DNA of 64,000 nt from Dehalococcoidia bacterium (GTDB taxonomy: Bacteria; Chloroflexota; Dehalococcoidia; Bin125): positions 1,043,729 to 1,107,728 of the forward strand of contig OZ251529.1 of the NCBI GenBank assembly GCA_965243125.1, in the 5' to 3' direction. Shown here piece after piece: positions 37,832 to 47,761 of this stretch (the stretch's first letter is position 1; the number at the start of each line of letters is the position of its first letter). Position numbers and translations under genes: made by a program. The notes below the pieces were generated by a model. It was not told where the DNA came from. It searched no databases and saw nothing but the letters and a program-made list of their open reading frames with translations.

Positions 37832-38270
37832 AAACATGGCGACCGGAGTAGCGGACGAGCTCAGCGCTCGCGGCCACCCGACCGATCATGTTGAGCTGCT
37901 GGGGCTGAAGAGTGAGCCCGACAGCACCATTCTCGCCTTCGCCGTCGCGCATGGCTATGAGGCCGTGGTCACCAAAGACCGTTACTCGGAGAGCGGCGCT
38001 CGTCTCGCCGCATTGCGCGCCATGCGCGACGGCCTGCGCATCATCCAACTCCGGTTTCGGCAAGACATTCGCGGCTCAGGGTCAGACGATCAACAACTCC
38101 AACTGATCCTCGATCACGAGCGCGAAATCGAGCGCGCCGTCGCCCCCGACTCCCCAATCCGCCAACTCATCCTCAACCACGCCGTCGGCGGCGTCACCCG
38201 CACCATCACCGCCGACCAAGTCGCCGCAACCCTGCGCCGCCTCGAATCGCGACCGGCGGCAGATCGCTAG
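37812..38270 (+). CDS. DUF5615 family PIN-like putative toxin (module D)
   Basis: MRLLLDENMATGVADEL...; 153 aa; overlaps the partner's stop. Confidence 0.55.
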   Translation: MRLLLDENMATGVADELSARGHPTDHVELLGLKSEPDSTILAFAVAHGYEAVVTKDRYSESGARLAALRAMRDGLRIIQLRFRQDIRGSGSDDQQLQLILDHEREIERAVAPDSPIRQLILNHAVGGVTRTITADQVAATLRRLESRPAADR

Positions 38271-38276
38271 CCCCGC

Positions 38277-39467
38277 TCACTGCCAGCCAGCCCGCCGTCG
38301 CTGCCCCCGCTCCGCATAGCCCGCCGCCAGCGCCAACAGCGCCTGCCCCGATCCCAACCGACGGCGCAACCCGTCATAACTGCTCTCCCCCCGCACAATC
38401 CGGCAGAACGCGCCCCAGAAACGCCCTGAACGCCGCAGCAACTGCACATACGGCCACGGACGCTGATGAAACAGCGCCTGCAACTCCCGCGCCGCCGACA
38501 ACTCCGGCTCGATCTCCGCCAGCACCCCCGCCTCATACGCGCCCAAATCCAAAGCTGCGCCGTCCAGATACCCCAGCGCCGCCTCCGCCGCCAACTGCCC
38601 CGAGCGAATCGCATTCCCGATCCCCTCACCCGAAAGCGGATCAATCAGCCCTGCCGCATCGCCCACCAGCGCCGCCGGGCCGACGGTCAGCGCCTGCCCC
38701 GCATCGCGCAGCGGCAGATGGTGCGCGCGCAGCTGCTCGAGCGCGTCGGGATCAAACCCCTCGCTGCGGGCGTAAGCGACCAACTCCCCGCGCAGCGACC
38801 GCGCGCCCGCCGGATAACCGCCCACCCCCAGATTGCAGTGCTCGCCCTTGGGGAAAACCCAGCCGTAGCCGCCGGGCATCGAGCCGAGTTCAAGGCCCAC
38901 ATGCTCCGTCCAGCGCCCGGCCGCCGCCTGCGAGCGCGGCGCGTTGCCCTCCAGCGCCACCGCCGCCCGCAGCCGTGGCAGACCCAGCGCCCGCCGACAC
39001 ACCCCGTTCACGCCGTCGGCCGCAATGACCACGCCGGCCCGGATCAGCCCGCCGCCCGCCGTGCGGACGACAGCCGCGCTGTCGGCCTCGCCGCCGATCT
39101 CGACCGCGCGCACAGCCTCGCCGTCGCGCAGTTCCGCGCCGGCGGCGCAGGCCTGTTCCGCGAGAAAGGCATCGAGCCGCGCGCGTTGTGTCATCACGGC
39201 CAACGGTTGGTCATAGCGATGGCCGAATTCGACATCGCGCCGGTAGCGGACCCGGAAGCCGCGAATTTCGCGCTCAACGATGGGTGAGATGTCGAAGGGC
39301 AGGTAGTTGAGCGCGCTCACCAGCACTCCGCCCCCGCACGGCTTGTCGCGCGGGAAGCGAGCGCGGTCGAGGACGATCACCGCCGCGCCAGCTGAGGCGA
39401 GAACCCAAGCGGCGCTCGCACCGCCCGGCCCGGCGCCGATCACGACGGCGTCGACGCGCGTCGTCAT
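38277..39467 (-). CDS. Geranylgeranyl reductase family FAD-dependent oxidoreductase
   Basis: MTTRVDAVVIGAGPGGASAAWVLASAGAAVIVLDR... with GDAAGLIDPLSGEGI. Start moved to the internal Met because the upstream 124 codons are a GC artefact. Confidence 0.7.
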   Translation of the reverse strand: MTTRVDAVVIGAGPGGASAAWVLASAGAAVIVLDRARFPRDKPCGGGVLVSALNYLPFDISPIVEREIRGFRVRYRRDVEFGHRYDQPLAVMTQRARLDAFLAEQACAAGAELRDGEAVRAVEIGGEADSAAVVRTAGGGLIRAGVVIAADGVNGVCRRALGLPRLRAAVALEGNAPRSQAAAGRWTEHVGLELGSMPGGYGWVFPKGEHCNLGVGGYPAGARSLRGELVAYARSEGFDPDALEQLRAHHLPLRDAGQALTVGPAALVGDAAGLIDPLSGEGIGNAIRSGQLAAEAALGYLDGAALDLGAYEAGVLAEIEPELSAARELQALFHQRPWPYVQLLRRSGRFWGAFCRIVRGESSYDGLRRRLGSGQALLALAAGYAERGQRRRAGWQ

Positions 39468-40060
39468 GCGCGCTCGCCCGGGGCGGCCGCTCGCGTGCCG
39501 CGGGCGCGGAGGTAGCGATCGAGCCCGGCCTTCAGTCCAGCGGCGATCGGCGCGGCAAAGCAGAAGCCGATCGCTTCGGGGCGGGCGTCGAAGGCGATCG
39601 CCAGGAAGGGGAGCGGCGCGGCGACGAGCAGAATGCCCAGTTCGGCGATGCCGGTGATCAGATAGGTGAGGCCGCCGACGACGAACGTGACGCCGAACTG
39701 CCAAGGAATGAATGCGCCCGCCGCGCCCAGCGCAGTGGCGGCGGCGCGTCCGCCGTTGAAGCGCAGAAAGACGGGGAACATGTGGCCGACCATCACCAAC
39801 GCGCCCGCCGCGACCCACCAGCCGATCTCCAGCGACCACCAGCGGGCGACGGCCACTGCGAGCAGACCTTTGCCGATGTCGGCGAGGATGATCAGCACGC
39901 CGTCAATCCGCGCCGCGCCCTCACGGACGGCGTTGGCCGCGCCGACATTGCGGTCCCCGACGCGGCGCAGGTCGCCGCCGGTGCGGTAGCGGAAGATCAG
40001 CCAGGCGGCGGGTACGGAGCCGAGCAGGTAGGCGAGAATCAGAGTGATCGCTTCGGGCAT
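39464..40060 (-). CDS. plsY: Glycerol-3-phosphate acyltransferase
   Basis: MPEAITLILAYLLGSVPAAWL...GDRNVGAANA matches the PlsY N-terminus. Confidence 0.8.
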   Translation of the reverse strand: MPEAITLILAYLLGSVPAAWLIFRYRTGGDLRRVGDRNVGAANAVREGAARIDGVLIILADIGKGLLAVAVARWWSLEIGWWVAAGALVMVGHMFPVFLRFNGGRAAATALGAAGAFIPWQFGVTFVVGGLTYLITGIAELGILLVAAPLPFLAIAFDARPEAIGFCFAAPIAAGLKAGLDRYLRARGTRAAAPGERA

Positions 40061-40113
40061 CGGGGTTCTCTGCGCGGCCGCTGAATCGCACCCGCGCGCG
40101 GCAAACGGCGGCG

Positions 40114-41043
40114 CTAGCGGCGCTCGGCGACCGGCGTCAGCCAGTGCTCGTAGCCTTCAAGCCGGCCGAGGATGGCGTCAAAGTAGAGCCGTTCGAGCTG
40201 GGCGGTGATCGGGCCGGTCTCGCCGTCGTTGATCGTGCGCCGGTCGACGGAGGCGATCGGCGTGACATGGGCGGCGGTGCCGGTCATGAAGACCTCGTCG
40301 GCGATCCAGAGCTCGGAACGGTCGATGGTGCGCTCGACGGTTTGAATGCCGAGCTCCTTTTCGGCGAGCTCCATCACCGTGTTGCGGGTGATGCCGACGA
40401 GGATGTTGTCGTTGCTCGGCGGCGTGTACAGCACCCCGTCGTTGACGATGAAGATGTTCTCTCCGCTGCCCTCGGAGACATGCCCGTCGTCGTTCAGCAT
40501 GATCGCCTCGTCGAAGCCCGCCGTCTCCGCCTCTGTCTTCGCCAGCGCCGAGTTGATGTAGACCCCCGTCACCTTCGCCCGCACCGGAATCGAGGTGTCA
40601 TCCGTGCGCCGCCAGGAGGAGGTCATCACGTGGACGCCGCCCGTCGTGTCCAGATACGCCCCCCACGGAATCAGGAAGGCCAGAAAGTCGTCTGCCACGC
40701 CGTGCATCCGCACGCCCAGCGCCTGCTCCGACTTGTAGACCATCGGGCGGATGTACAGGTCCTCGCGGAAGCCCGCGCGCTGCACCAGCTCCACCGTCAT
40801 CTCGCACAACTCGTCGTCGCTCTGCGGCAGCTCCATCAGCATCGCGTGCGCCGACTTCCGCAGCCGCTCGTAGTGCTCGCGCATGCGGAACAGGTAGAGC
40901 TGCTCCGACTCCGCGTTCCAGTTGGCGCGGATGCCCTCGAAGACGGCCGTGCCGTAGTGGAGGGCGTGGGTCATGATGCTGATCTTGGCGTCGGCGAGCG
41001 GCATGAACTCGCCCTGGAAATAGGCCATCTGCGTGGCGGACAT
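40114..41043 (-). CDS. ilvE: Branched-chain amino acid aminotransferase
   Basis: MAYFQGEFMPLADAKISIMTHALHYGTAVFEGIRA is the class IV aminotransferase signature. Confidence 0.85.
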   Translation of the reverse strand: MSATQMAYFQGEFMPLADAKISIMTHALHYGTAVFEGIRANWNAESEQLYLFRMREHYERLRKSAHAMLMELPQSDDELCEMTVELVQRAGFREDLYIRPMVYKSEQALGVRMHGVADDFLAFLIPWGAYLDTTGGVHVMTSSWRRTDDTSIPVRAKVTGVYINSALAKTEAETAGFDEAIMLNDDGHVSEGSGENIFIVNDGVLYTPPSNDNILVGITRNTVMELAEKELGIQTVERTIDRSELWIADEVFMTGTAAHVTPIASVDRRTINDGETGPITAQLERLYFDAILGRLEGYEHWLTPVAERR

Positions 41044-41200
41044 CGTGCGGCTCCCATCTCGCCGTCCGCCCGCAGGGCGGCGTCAATGTGAGGATTATAC
41101 GGGCGAACGGCTGCTGCGCTGCGATAGCTGGACGACTCCGATGGCGGGTTGCGTCGGCGGGTGCTCCTTGCCGTGCGGGGAGCGCCCGACACGGAGGGGC

Positions 41201-41632
41201 TCAGAGCACCATCTGCGTCTGCGTCACCTGCGCCACCAGCCTTCCCTCCGCGTCCGTGATCGTCGTCTGCCACACCTGCGTCCGACGCCCCCGATGCAGC
41301 GGCCGCGTCTCCCCCCGCATCGTCGTCCCCTCCCGACCACCGCGGAAGAAATTCGTCTTCGACTCGATCGTTGTCGTGCCCGACTCATCATCCAGATTCG
41401 CCATCGTCGTCAGCGCCCCCAGCGTGTCCGCGAACGCCATCACCGCCCCGCCGTGCATTAGCCCCGGCGCCGTGCAGAGCTCGCGGCGCACATCCAGCTC
41501 CCCCACCAGCACATCCCGCTCCACCGAAATCAGCCGCATCCCCAACAACTCGGGCAACAGCCCTCGCATCCGCGCCTGATAGCGCTCCAGCTCCAAATCA
41601 TCCGCCCCACCGCTCGGCCTGCCGTCCGACAT
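41201..41632 (-). CDS. PaaI/hotdog-fold thioesterase
   Basis: 143 aa; GLMHGGAVMAFADT motif. Confidence 0.7.
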   Translation of the reverse strand: MSDGRPSGGADDLELERYQARMRGLLPELLGMRLISVERDVLVGELDVRRELCTAPGLMHGGAVMAFADTLGALTTMANLDDESGTTTIESKTNFFRGGREGTTMRGETRPLHRGRRTQVWQTTITDAEGRLVAQVTQTQMVL

Positions 41633-41669
41633 GCCGAGAGCCTACCAGTGTGCGTGATACCGTCCCCCT

Positions 41670-42560
41670 GTGACCACCCCAGTCAGCCCCAGCTACCGCG
41701 TCGGCGGACGCACGATCACCGTGCTCAGCGACGGCGTGATCTGGCTCGACGCCGGCGCCGTCTTCGGCCTCGTCCCCAAAATCATGTGGTCCCGCGTCAC
41801 CGGCGAGACCAACGAGCGCAACCAAATCCCCCTCGCCCTCAACTGCCTGCTGCTCGAATCCGACGGCAAAACCGTCCTGATCGAAACCGGCCAGGGCGAC
41901 AAGGATTTCGAGCAGACCCGCAGCCGCGGCTGGGAGCCCGAGCACGGAACGCTGCTCGACGACCTCGCCCGCAACGGCGTCCAACCCGCCGACGTCGACA
42001 TCGTGATCAACACGCATCTGCACAACGATCACACGGGCTGGAACACCGTCGAGCGCGGCGGCCGGCTGCGCCCCACCTTCCCCAACGCCCGCTACTGGAT
42101 CCAACGCGGCGAGTGGGACGAAGCCATGCAGCCCAACGAGCGCACCCGCGCCACCTATCTGCCCCAAAACCTCCTGCCCGTCGCCGAGGCCGATCAGCTC
42201 GAATTCATCGAGGGCGAAACCCGCGTCACCTCCGAAATCACCGTGATCGAGACGCCCGGCCACACCGCGAACCACGCCTCGGTGGCGATCTCGAGCGGCG
42301 GCGAGACCGCCGTCTACCTCGGCGACATGATCCAGCACCAGGTGCAACTCGAGCGCGTCGCTTGGCTCAGCGCCTTCGATGTCCTCCCGCTCGTCAACCT
42401 CGAAACCAAAAAGCGCCTCGTCGCCGAGGCGATCGAGCGCCGCCACCTGCTGATCGCCGTCCACAACCCCTTCCCCGGCGCCGGGCGCCTCGCCCGCACC
42501 GACGAAGGCCGCACCCGCTGGACCCCGGAACCGCCCCACAACACGCCCCACAACCCCTGA
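41670..42560 (+). CDS. MBL-fold metallo-hydrolase
   Basis: NTHLHNDHTGWN (HxHxDH) motif. Confidence 0.7.
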   Translation: MTTPVSPSYRVGGRTITVLSDGVIWLDAGAVFGLVPKIMWSRVTGETNERNQIPLALNCLLLESDGKTVLIETGQGDKDFEQTRSRGWEPEHGTLLDDLARNGVQPADVDIVINTHLHNDHTGWNTVERGGRLRPTFPNARYWIQRGEWDEAMQPNERTRATYLPQNLLPVAEADQLEFIEGETRVTSEITVIETPGHTANHASVAISSGGETAVYLGDMIQHQVQLERVAWLSAFDVLPLVNLETKKRLVAEAIERRHLLIAVHNPFPGAGRLARTDEGRTRWTPEPPHNTPHNP

Positions 42561-42615
42561 TCCCCCCCCAACAACCACAGCAAGCAACCGCAGCACAGCA
42601 CAGGAGACCGCACCG

Positions 42616-43254
42616 ATGGCTTTCGGCGAACACCCCATGATGGACCCGATGATGAACCCCGAGGCCGCGCTCGCCTCGCTGCCCAAGCCGCGCCGCAAAA
42701 TCTGGCGCGAAGAACTGCTCGTCGACGACACTTTCCTCGCCTACAAAGATGGCACCGACATCCTCCCCGAGCCCGAACTGATCGAGCGCATCTTCCTGCT
42801 CATCCGCCGCCGCGACCGACACCTCGTCGTCCGCCTCGGCGACCGCAAGCAGCCCTGGGAACTGCCGATCCTCGAATTCGAGATCGAGCCGCGCCCCGAA
42901 GCAGGGCCGGAAGACGCCGACCAGGACGAGCGCCGCGTGCGGCTCGACGAAATGATCCGCACCGTCGTCTACGACACCTGGCAGGTTCCGCTGATCGACT
43001 GGGCGGTCCACACGCGCACGCAGATGACCGCCAAAGACAACCAGACCCAATACGAGCCGGGCGCGCGCCGCTACGAACTCGTCGTCACCGCCGCATGCGC
43101 CGAGCCCGACGACCTCGCCGACGGCACCGAGTGGGCCCGCCGCTTCTTCCCCCCGCGCGACATGAACCAGGTGCTCCGCCAGCGCTACATGGACCGCGAA
43201 GAACTCGGCCTCGCCCACGAGCAGCAGGTCATCGCAGCGGCCAGGGTAGGCTGA
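42616..43254 (+). CDS. Hypothetical protein
   Basis: 212-aa ORF with coding-like composition; no family recognised. Confidence 0.4.
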   Translation: MAFGEHPMMDPMMNPEAALASLPKPRRKIWREELLVDDTFLAYKDGTDILPEPELIERIFLLIRRRDRHLVVRLGDRKQPWELPILEFEIEPRPEAGPEDADQDERRVRLDEMIRTVVYDTWQVPLIDWAVHTRTQMTAKDNQTQYEPGARRYELVVTAACAEPDDLADGTEWARRFFPPRDMNQVLRQRYMDREELGLAHEQQVIAAARVG

Positions 43255-43369
43255 AGGCCAGGCCGAGGTTGGGGAAGGGCGCTTCCGAATCCGAATCTTC
43301 CCCGGCGCAAGGGCTACACTACCCCCAGCCCCATCTACGACGATCCGCGACGGCGAAAGGAACCCTCTG

Positions 43370-44455
43370 ATGAAAATCGAAACCGGCTTCGGCGGCGGCT
43401 GGCTGGGCGGCATTCCGGAACAGGTGCGCGCCGCGGAGGAGCGCGGCTTCGACGCCGTGGTCACGCCGGAGACGAAGCACGAATCCACGCTGGCGATGAC
43501 GCTCGCCGCCGAGCACACCGAGCGTGTCGAAATCTGCTCCAGCGTGACGATCGCCTTCCCGCGCACACCGATGATCCTCGCCCAGGCGATGTGGGACCTG
43601 CAGGAGCTCTCCGGCGGGCGGATCAACATCGGGCTCGGCAGCCAGGTCAAGGGCCACAACGTGCGCCGCTTCGGCGGCTCCTGGACCCCGCCCGCCAGGC
43701 GCATGGAGGAGTACATCGGCATGATGCGCGCCGTCTGGCACTCCTGGCAGACCGGCGAGCGCCCGGAGTACATCACCGACAACTACACCTACACCCTGAT
43801 GACGCCGATGTTCGACCCCGGCCCGATCGACTACCCGCACCCCAAGATCTCGCTGGCCAACGTGGGCCCGCTGATGGCGCAGGTGGCCGGCGCCTGCGCC
43901 GACGGTCTGCGCCCGCACGGCTTCATGACCCACAAGGTGATGCAGGAGAGCGTGATCCCGAACGTGCGCAAGGGCGCGGAGCGGGCCGGGCGCAGCCTCG
44001 ACGAGATCGAGATTTCGGTCGGCGGCTTCACCGCCTTCGGCGAAACCGAGTCGGAGGTCGAGCAGGCGATCGAAGCGCTGCGCCAGCCGATCTCGTTCTA
44101 CGGCTCCACCCGCACCTACCACCGCATCTTCGAGGCGCACGGCTTCGACTCGCTCGGCATGCAGCTGCACGAACTCTCGCTGCGCGGCGAGTGGGACAAG
44201 ATGATCGACGCCGTCAACTTCGAGGTCGCGGCCGAAATGGCGCACGCCGTCACCTGGGACGACCTGCCCAAATACACCCGCGAGCACCTGGACTACGCGG
44301 GCCGCATCAACCTCGGCCAGTACGCGCGCACCTCCGACCGCAACCGTCAGGGCAACTTCGCCTACCCCGGCAGCAGGGAAAAGGCCGCCAAGCCGACCCC
44401 ACCGCTGAGCGAAGAGCGCCTCACCTGGCTGATGGACGAGCTCGCGCCGATCTAA
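43370..44455 (+). CDS. LLM-class F420-dependent oxidoreductase
   Basis: MKIETGFGGGW...INIGLGSQVKGHNVRRFG. Confidence 0.8.
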   Translation: MKIETGFGGGWLGGIPEQVRAAEERGFDAVVTPETKHESTLAMTLAAEHTERVEICSSVTIAFPRTPMILAQAMWDLQELSGGRINIGLGSQVKGHNVRRFGGSWTPPARRMEEYIGMMRAVWHSWQTGERPEYITDNYTYTLMTPMFDPGPIDYPHPKISLANVGPLMAQVAGACADGLRPHGFMTHKVMQESVIPNVRKGAERAGRSLDEIEISVGGFTAFGETESEVEQAIEALRQPISFYGSTRTYHRIFEAHGFDSLGMQLHELSLRGEWDKMIDAVNFEVAAEMAHAVTWDDLPKYTREHLDYAGRINLGQYARTSDRNRQGNFAYPGSREKAAKPTPPLSEERLTWLMDELAPI

Positions 44456-44682
44456 ACCGCACTGCCGGACAGCAGGCTGCCGCCCCTCCGAATCGCCCCC
44501 ACGCAGCGAAGCTGTCCCCGCTGGAATCGCCCCCCTATGCAGGGGGGCTGCCGCGCAGCGGCTGGGGGGTCGGCCCCCTAGCGCGCTCACACTCCATCCA
44601 CCTTGGCCCACCGACGGCCCACATCTGAACGTGCGCGCATCGATCGGCCCGATACTGTCCTCTTATTCGGAGGACGCCAACC

Positions 44683-45009
44683 ATGCAGCCGCGAGAATTC
44701 GAGCGCAACAGCGAGATCGTCAGAGCATTCCGCTACAACCCCGGCCAAGCCGCTCACATCCTGCACCACCTGACTAACGGCGGCCTGGCCTGCGCTCACT
44801 TCCGGCCGCCGACGGAGACGATCGAAATCTTCTCCTACGGCGAGGAAATCTCGATCACCGACCTACGCCACGACTCTGATGGCGCGAACGGGGTGATTTA
44901 TCCGGGCGACTGGATCGTGCGGCGCGGTCCATGGGAGATCGAAATTGTACCGTCGACTGTGTTCGATGCTGAATATGCAGCGGTCGCTGAGCGGCGACGA
45001 GCGGACTAG
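44683..45009 (+). CDS. Hypothetical protein
   Basis: 108-aa ORF convergent with GmrSD; no family recognised. Confidence 0.3.
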   Translation: MQPREFERNSEIVRAFRYNPGQAAHILHHLTNGGLACAHFRPPTETIEIFSYGEEISITDLRHDSDGANGVIYPGDWIVRRGPWEIEIVPSTVFDAEYAAVAERRRAD

Positions 45010-46907
45010 ATCTTATCGGCCTGCGGCCAGACCTGGACAGCTGCCTGCCACAACCGCCGCGCGCGCTTCGCGATCGACTCCTCGTCCCATCCTCTGCGTG
45101 AATGCCTGAGCAGGTCTTTGTTCAGGAACAGTGTGCTGTGCTCGTCCAGCGCCTCGCGCTTCTCATCCAGCCCGGCATTCGACATTGCGGCGTTGAGCTT
45201 GCGGTGAACGAGCGTGAGGTTGCCGATCGTATGCACCATTCGCTCGCGTCGCGCGACAGGATCCTCGTCCTCGTCGCCGAGCTTTGCTTTGACATCTCCC
45301 CAGTGGTCGCGCCAGAGCTTGGGCATCACGTGCTCGATGGTGAGTTTGCCGCGTGGTGGGGCACTGTCAGCCTTATTGGTGCGCAACTCTCCCTCGATGC
45401 CCTCAAGCACCATCCGCAGGCGCCCACGCGGCAATCGCTCGTACAGCGGGTCGTGCAGAAAAGCTGCAAGCAGCCGATCATCGCCCGGCCACAGGTACCG
45501 CTCACCCTTCAGATCGACGAGGTGGCGGATGATGATCTCATCGATCTCCGTCTCGTGTCCCGCCTGATCTTGCTGCTCATCGGCGCTCTTGATCTCCTCC
45601 AGAATCGGGAACATCAAGTCGTGGTAGCCGCGCGTCGTCATCCCGCAGATCATCCGTCGCACGAGATAACTTTCGAGTGCCCGGATGCTCCGTTCGAACG
45701 CGGGGCTGGGAACAGAGACGCAGAAGAGACGCAGCAAGAGCGGCGTGATGGCGCGGACCTGCATCGTTCGCCAACGGTAGAGGAAGTCGCCATTAACGGT
45801 GCCGCTCGATTCAGTTTCCTCGATCTCGCGGAAGAGTTCGGCGGAATAACCGAGGTCGGCAGCGACGGCGCTGACGCTATCGCTTCCCTCCTCTACCCAC
45901 TCGCGGAGCTTGGAGAAGACATCTTTGGCCTCAACCGACTGCGCGGTGCGCATCATCAGCCAATGGTTGAGGAACGCATCCACGCGCGTGCGGCGTTTGG
46001 TCGCCTGCCGCACCTCCTCACTCCACCAGCCGTCGTCGAAGTCGTCGAAATGCTCATTGCGGAGCGCGTCGGCGTCTAGGCCAGCGGCGCTTGCCCTGTT
46101 CATCAGGTAGTTCTTTGTGAGGTCCCAATCGAGCAGCGGCGTGCCGCGCGCGTTGAGTGTCTCGAAGATCACGTGCGGATTTTCGCCCTCATCGAGTTCG
46201 ATCACGACCATTTTCAGGCGTTTGTTCACTACGTCTTCGAGGGCGGCGATGCGGATGTCACGGGACGAGTCGACGTCGCCGATCCACGCGATCGTCTTAT
46301 CGAGAAAGAACTTCCAAGCGTCTCCGATCCGCGCTTCTTCCGAGCGACGCGACGCGGGATCGTTGCGCATTGCGGCGCGGAAGTTGGCTTCGTCGCCGCT
46401 CGTCGGCCAAACTTTGAACGCATGATCCGGAGCGTCGTGAACAGCTGGATCGCTGTTCTCGACGAGCTTCCCCAGCCGCTCAGCGCCAGGATGGTTGAAG
46501 CCACGCAGAACCTCGCGCATCGCGCCCAGCAGCAGTTGGAGCGTGACAAGGCGTTGCTGGCCGTCGATCACCTCTCGCATCCGAATCTCGGAGACGGCGG
46601 TGCTCTTGTGCTGGATCACCACAGCGCCCAAGAAGTGCGAGTCTTCAGCCGCATCGCGGACCGGCGAGGAGGAGACGGTCGCGGCGAGGCTGCTCAGGCG
46701 GGCTTCTGCGGTGCGCTGTAGGTCATCCCAGAGCAGCTGCCATTGCTCTTCTTCAGTCCAGACATAGCGGCGCTGGAACGGCGGCACGACGTAGCGGATC
46801 GTGCGATCGAACATGTCCTCGAGACTGAGCAGGTTGACTTCCACGACGCTGCCTCGGGTTGCGCACCGCCCGACCTCAGGCGGCACCATCGCTAGACTAA
46901 GGGCCAT
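45006..46907 (-). CDS. GmrSD-family Type IV (modification-dependent) restriction endonuclease: DUF262 (ParB-like NTPase) plus DUF1524 (His-Me finger nuclease)
   Basis: N-terminal YVVPPFQRRYVWTEEEQWQLLWDDL and VIDGQQRLVTLQLLLG are DUF262 hallmarks. C-terminal TIEHVMPK...HTIGNLTLVHRKLN fits DUF1524. Start set at MALSLAM; the upstream ~264 codons of the listed ORF are an artefact. Confidence 0.75.
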   Translation of the reverse strand: MALSLAMVPPEVGRCATRGSVVEVNLLSLEDMFDRTIRYVVPPFQRRYVWTEEEQWQLLWDDLQRTAEARLSSLAATVSSSPVRDAAEDSHFLGAVVIQHKSTAVSEIRMREVIDGQQRLVTLQLLLGAMREVLRGFNHPGAERLGKLVENSDPAVHDAPDHAFKVWPTSGDEANFRAAMRNDPASRRSEEARIGDAWKFFLDKTIAWIGDVDSSRDIRIAALEDVVNKRLKMVVIELDEGENPHVIFETLNARGTPLLDWDLTKNYLMNRASAAGLDADALRNEHFDDFDDGWWSEEVRQATKRRTRVDAFLNHWLMMRTAQSVEAKDVFSKLREWVEEGSDSVSAVAADLGYSAELFREIEETESSGTVNGDFLYRWRTMQVRAITPLLLRLFCVSVPSPAFERSIRALESYLVRRMICGMTTRGYHDLMFPILEEIKSADEQQDQAGHETEIDEIIIRHLVDLKGERYLWPGDDRLLAAFLHDPLYERLPRGRLRMVLEGIEGELRTNKADSAPPRGKLTIEHVMPKLWRDHWGDVKAKLGDEDEDPVARRERMVHTIGNLTLVHRKLNAAMSNAGLDEKREALDEHSTLFLNKDLLRHSRRGWDEESIAKRARRLWQAAVQVWPQADKI

Positions 46908-46940
46908 ATCGGCGTGGGGCCACCGGGAGGGTTGCGCGAA

Positions 46941-47729
46941 ATGCCCGACGACTGGCACACCCTCCTCGACGACCTCACGGCCGAGCAGCGCTACCTCGAC
47001 GACGCGCTCGCCGGCGCTGCCGACGCTGTCTGGGAGCGCGCCACGCCCTGCGACGGCTGGCTCGTGCGCGACGTGATCGCGCACCTCGCCGAGGTCGACG
47101 ACCACGCCGCCACCGTCGCGTCGGGCGCGCCGCGCTATCCGGACGCGGGCGGGCGCTCCGCCGACGGCCTGCGCTCGCACGCGCAGGATGAGGCGCGGCA
47201 CATGACGCGCGTCCAGCTGGTCGATTGGTGGCGCGCGGCGCGGGGCAGGCTGGAGGCGGCGCTGCGCCCGCTCGACGCCAAACACCGTCTGCCCTGGGCG
47301 GGGCCGCCGATGAGCGCCCGCTCGTTCGCCACCGCCCGCCTGATGGAGTGCTGGAGCCACGGCCTCGACGCGCTCGACGGCGCGGAAATTGCGGCGGTCG
47401 ACAGCGACCGGCTCCAGCACATCGCGCACCTCGGCTGCATCACCCGCGCCTTCGCCTACCAGACGCGCGGCCTGGAGCCCAACGGCGAGCCGCTGCGCGT
47501 GGAGCTGACCCTCCCATCGGGCGCACCGTGGGCGCGCGGACCGGAGGACGCCCCCAACCGCATCGAGGGCGCGGCGGGCGATTTCTGCCGCGTCGCCACG
47601 CAGCGCATCCACTACCGCGACACGGCGCTGGCCTGGCAGGGCGCCGCCGCCGAAGAGTTCCTCCAGGTCGCCCAAGCCTTCGCCGGCCCACCAGGCCAAG
47701 GCCGCCCGCCGCGCGGCGAGTCAAGCTGA
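46941..47729 (+). CDS. Mycothiol-dependent maleylpyruvate isomerase N-terminal domain (DinB_2/TIGR03083) family protein
   Basis: CDGWLVRDVIAHLAEVDD matches the TIGR03083 signature. Confidence 0.55.
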   Translation: MPDDWHTLLDDLTAEQRYLDDALAGAADAVWERATPCDGWLVRDVIAHLAEVDDHAATVASGAPRYPDAGGRSADGLRSHAQDEARHMTRVQLVDWWRAARGRLEAALRPLDAKHRLPWAGPPMSARSFATARLMECWSHGLDALDGAEIAAVDSDRLQHIAHLGCITRAFAYQTRGLEPNGEPLRVELTLPSGAPWARGPEDAPNRIEGAAGDFCRVATQRIHYRDTALAWQGAAAEEFLQVAQAFAGPPGQGRPPRGESS

Positions 47730-47761
47730 TCGGCAGTCGAATCAAGCGATACGCTGCGCTC

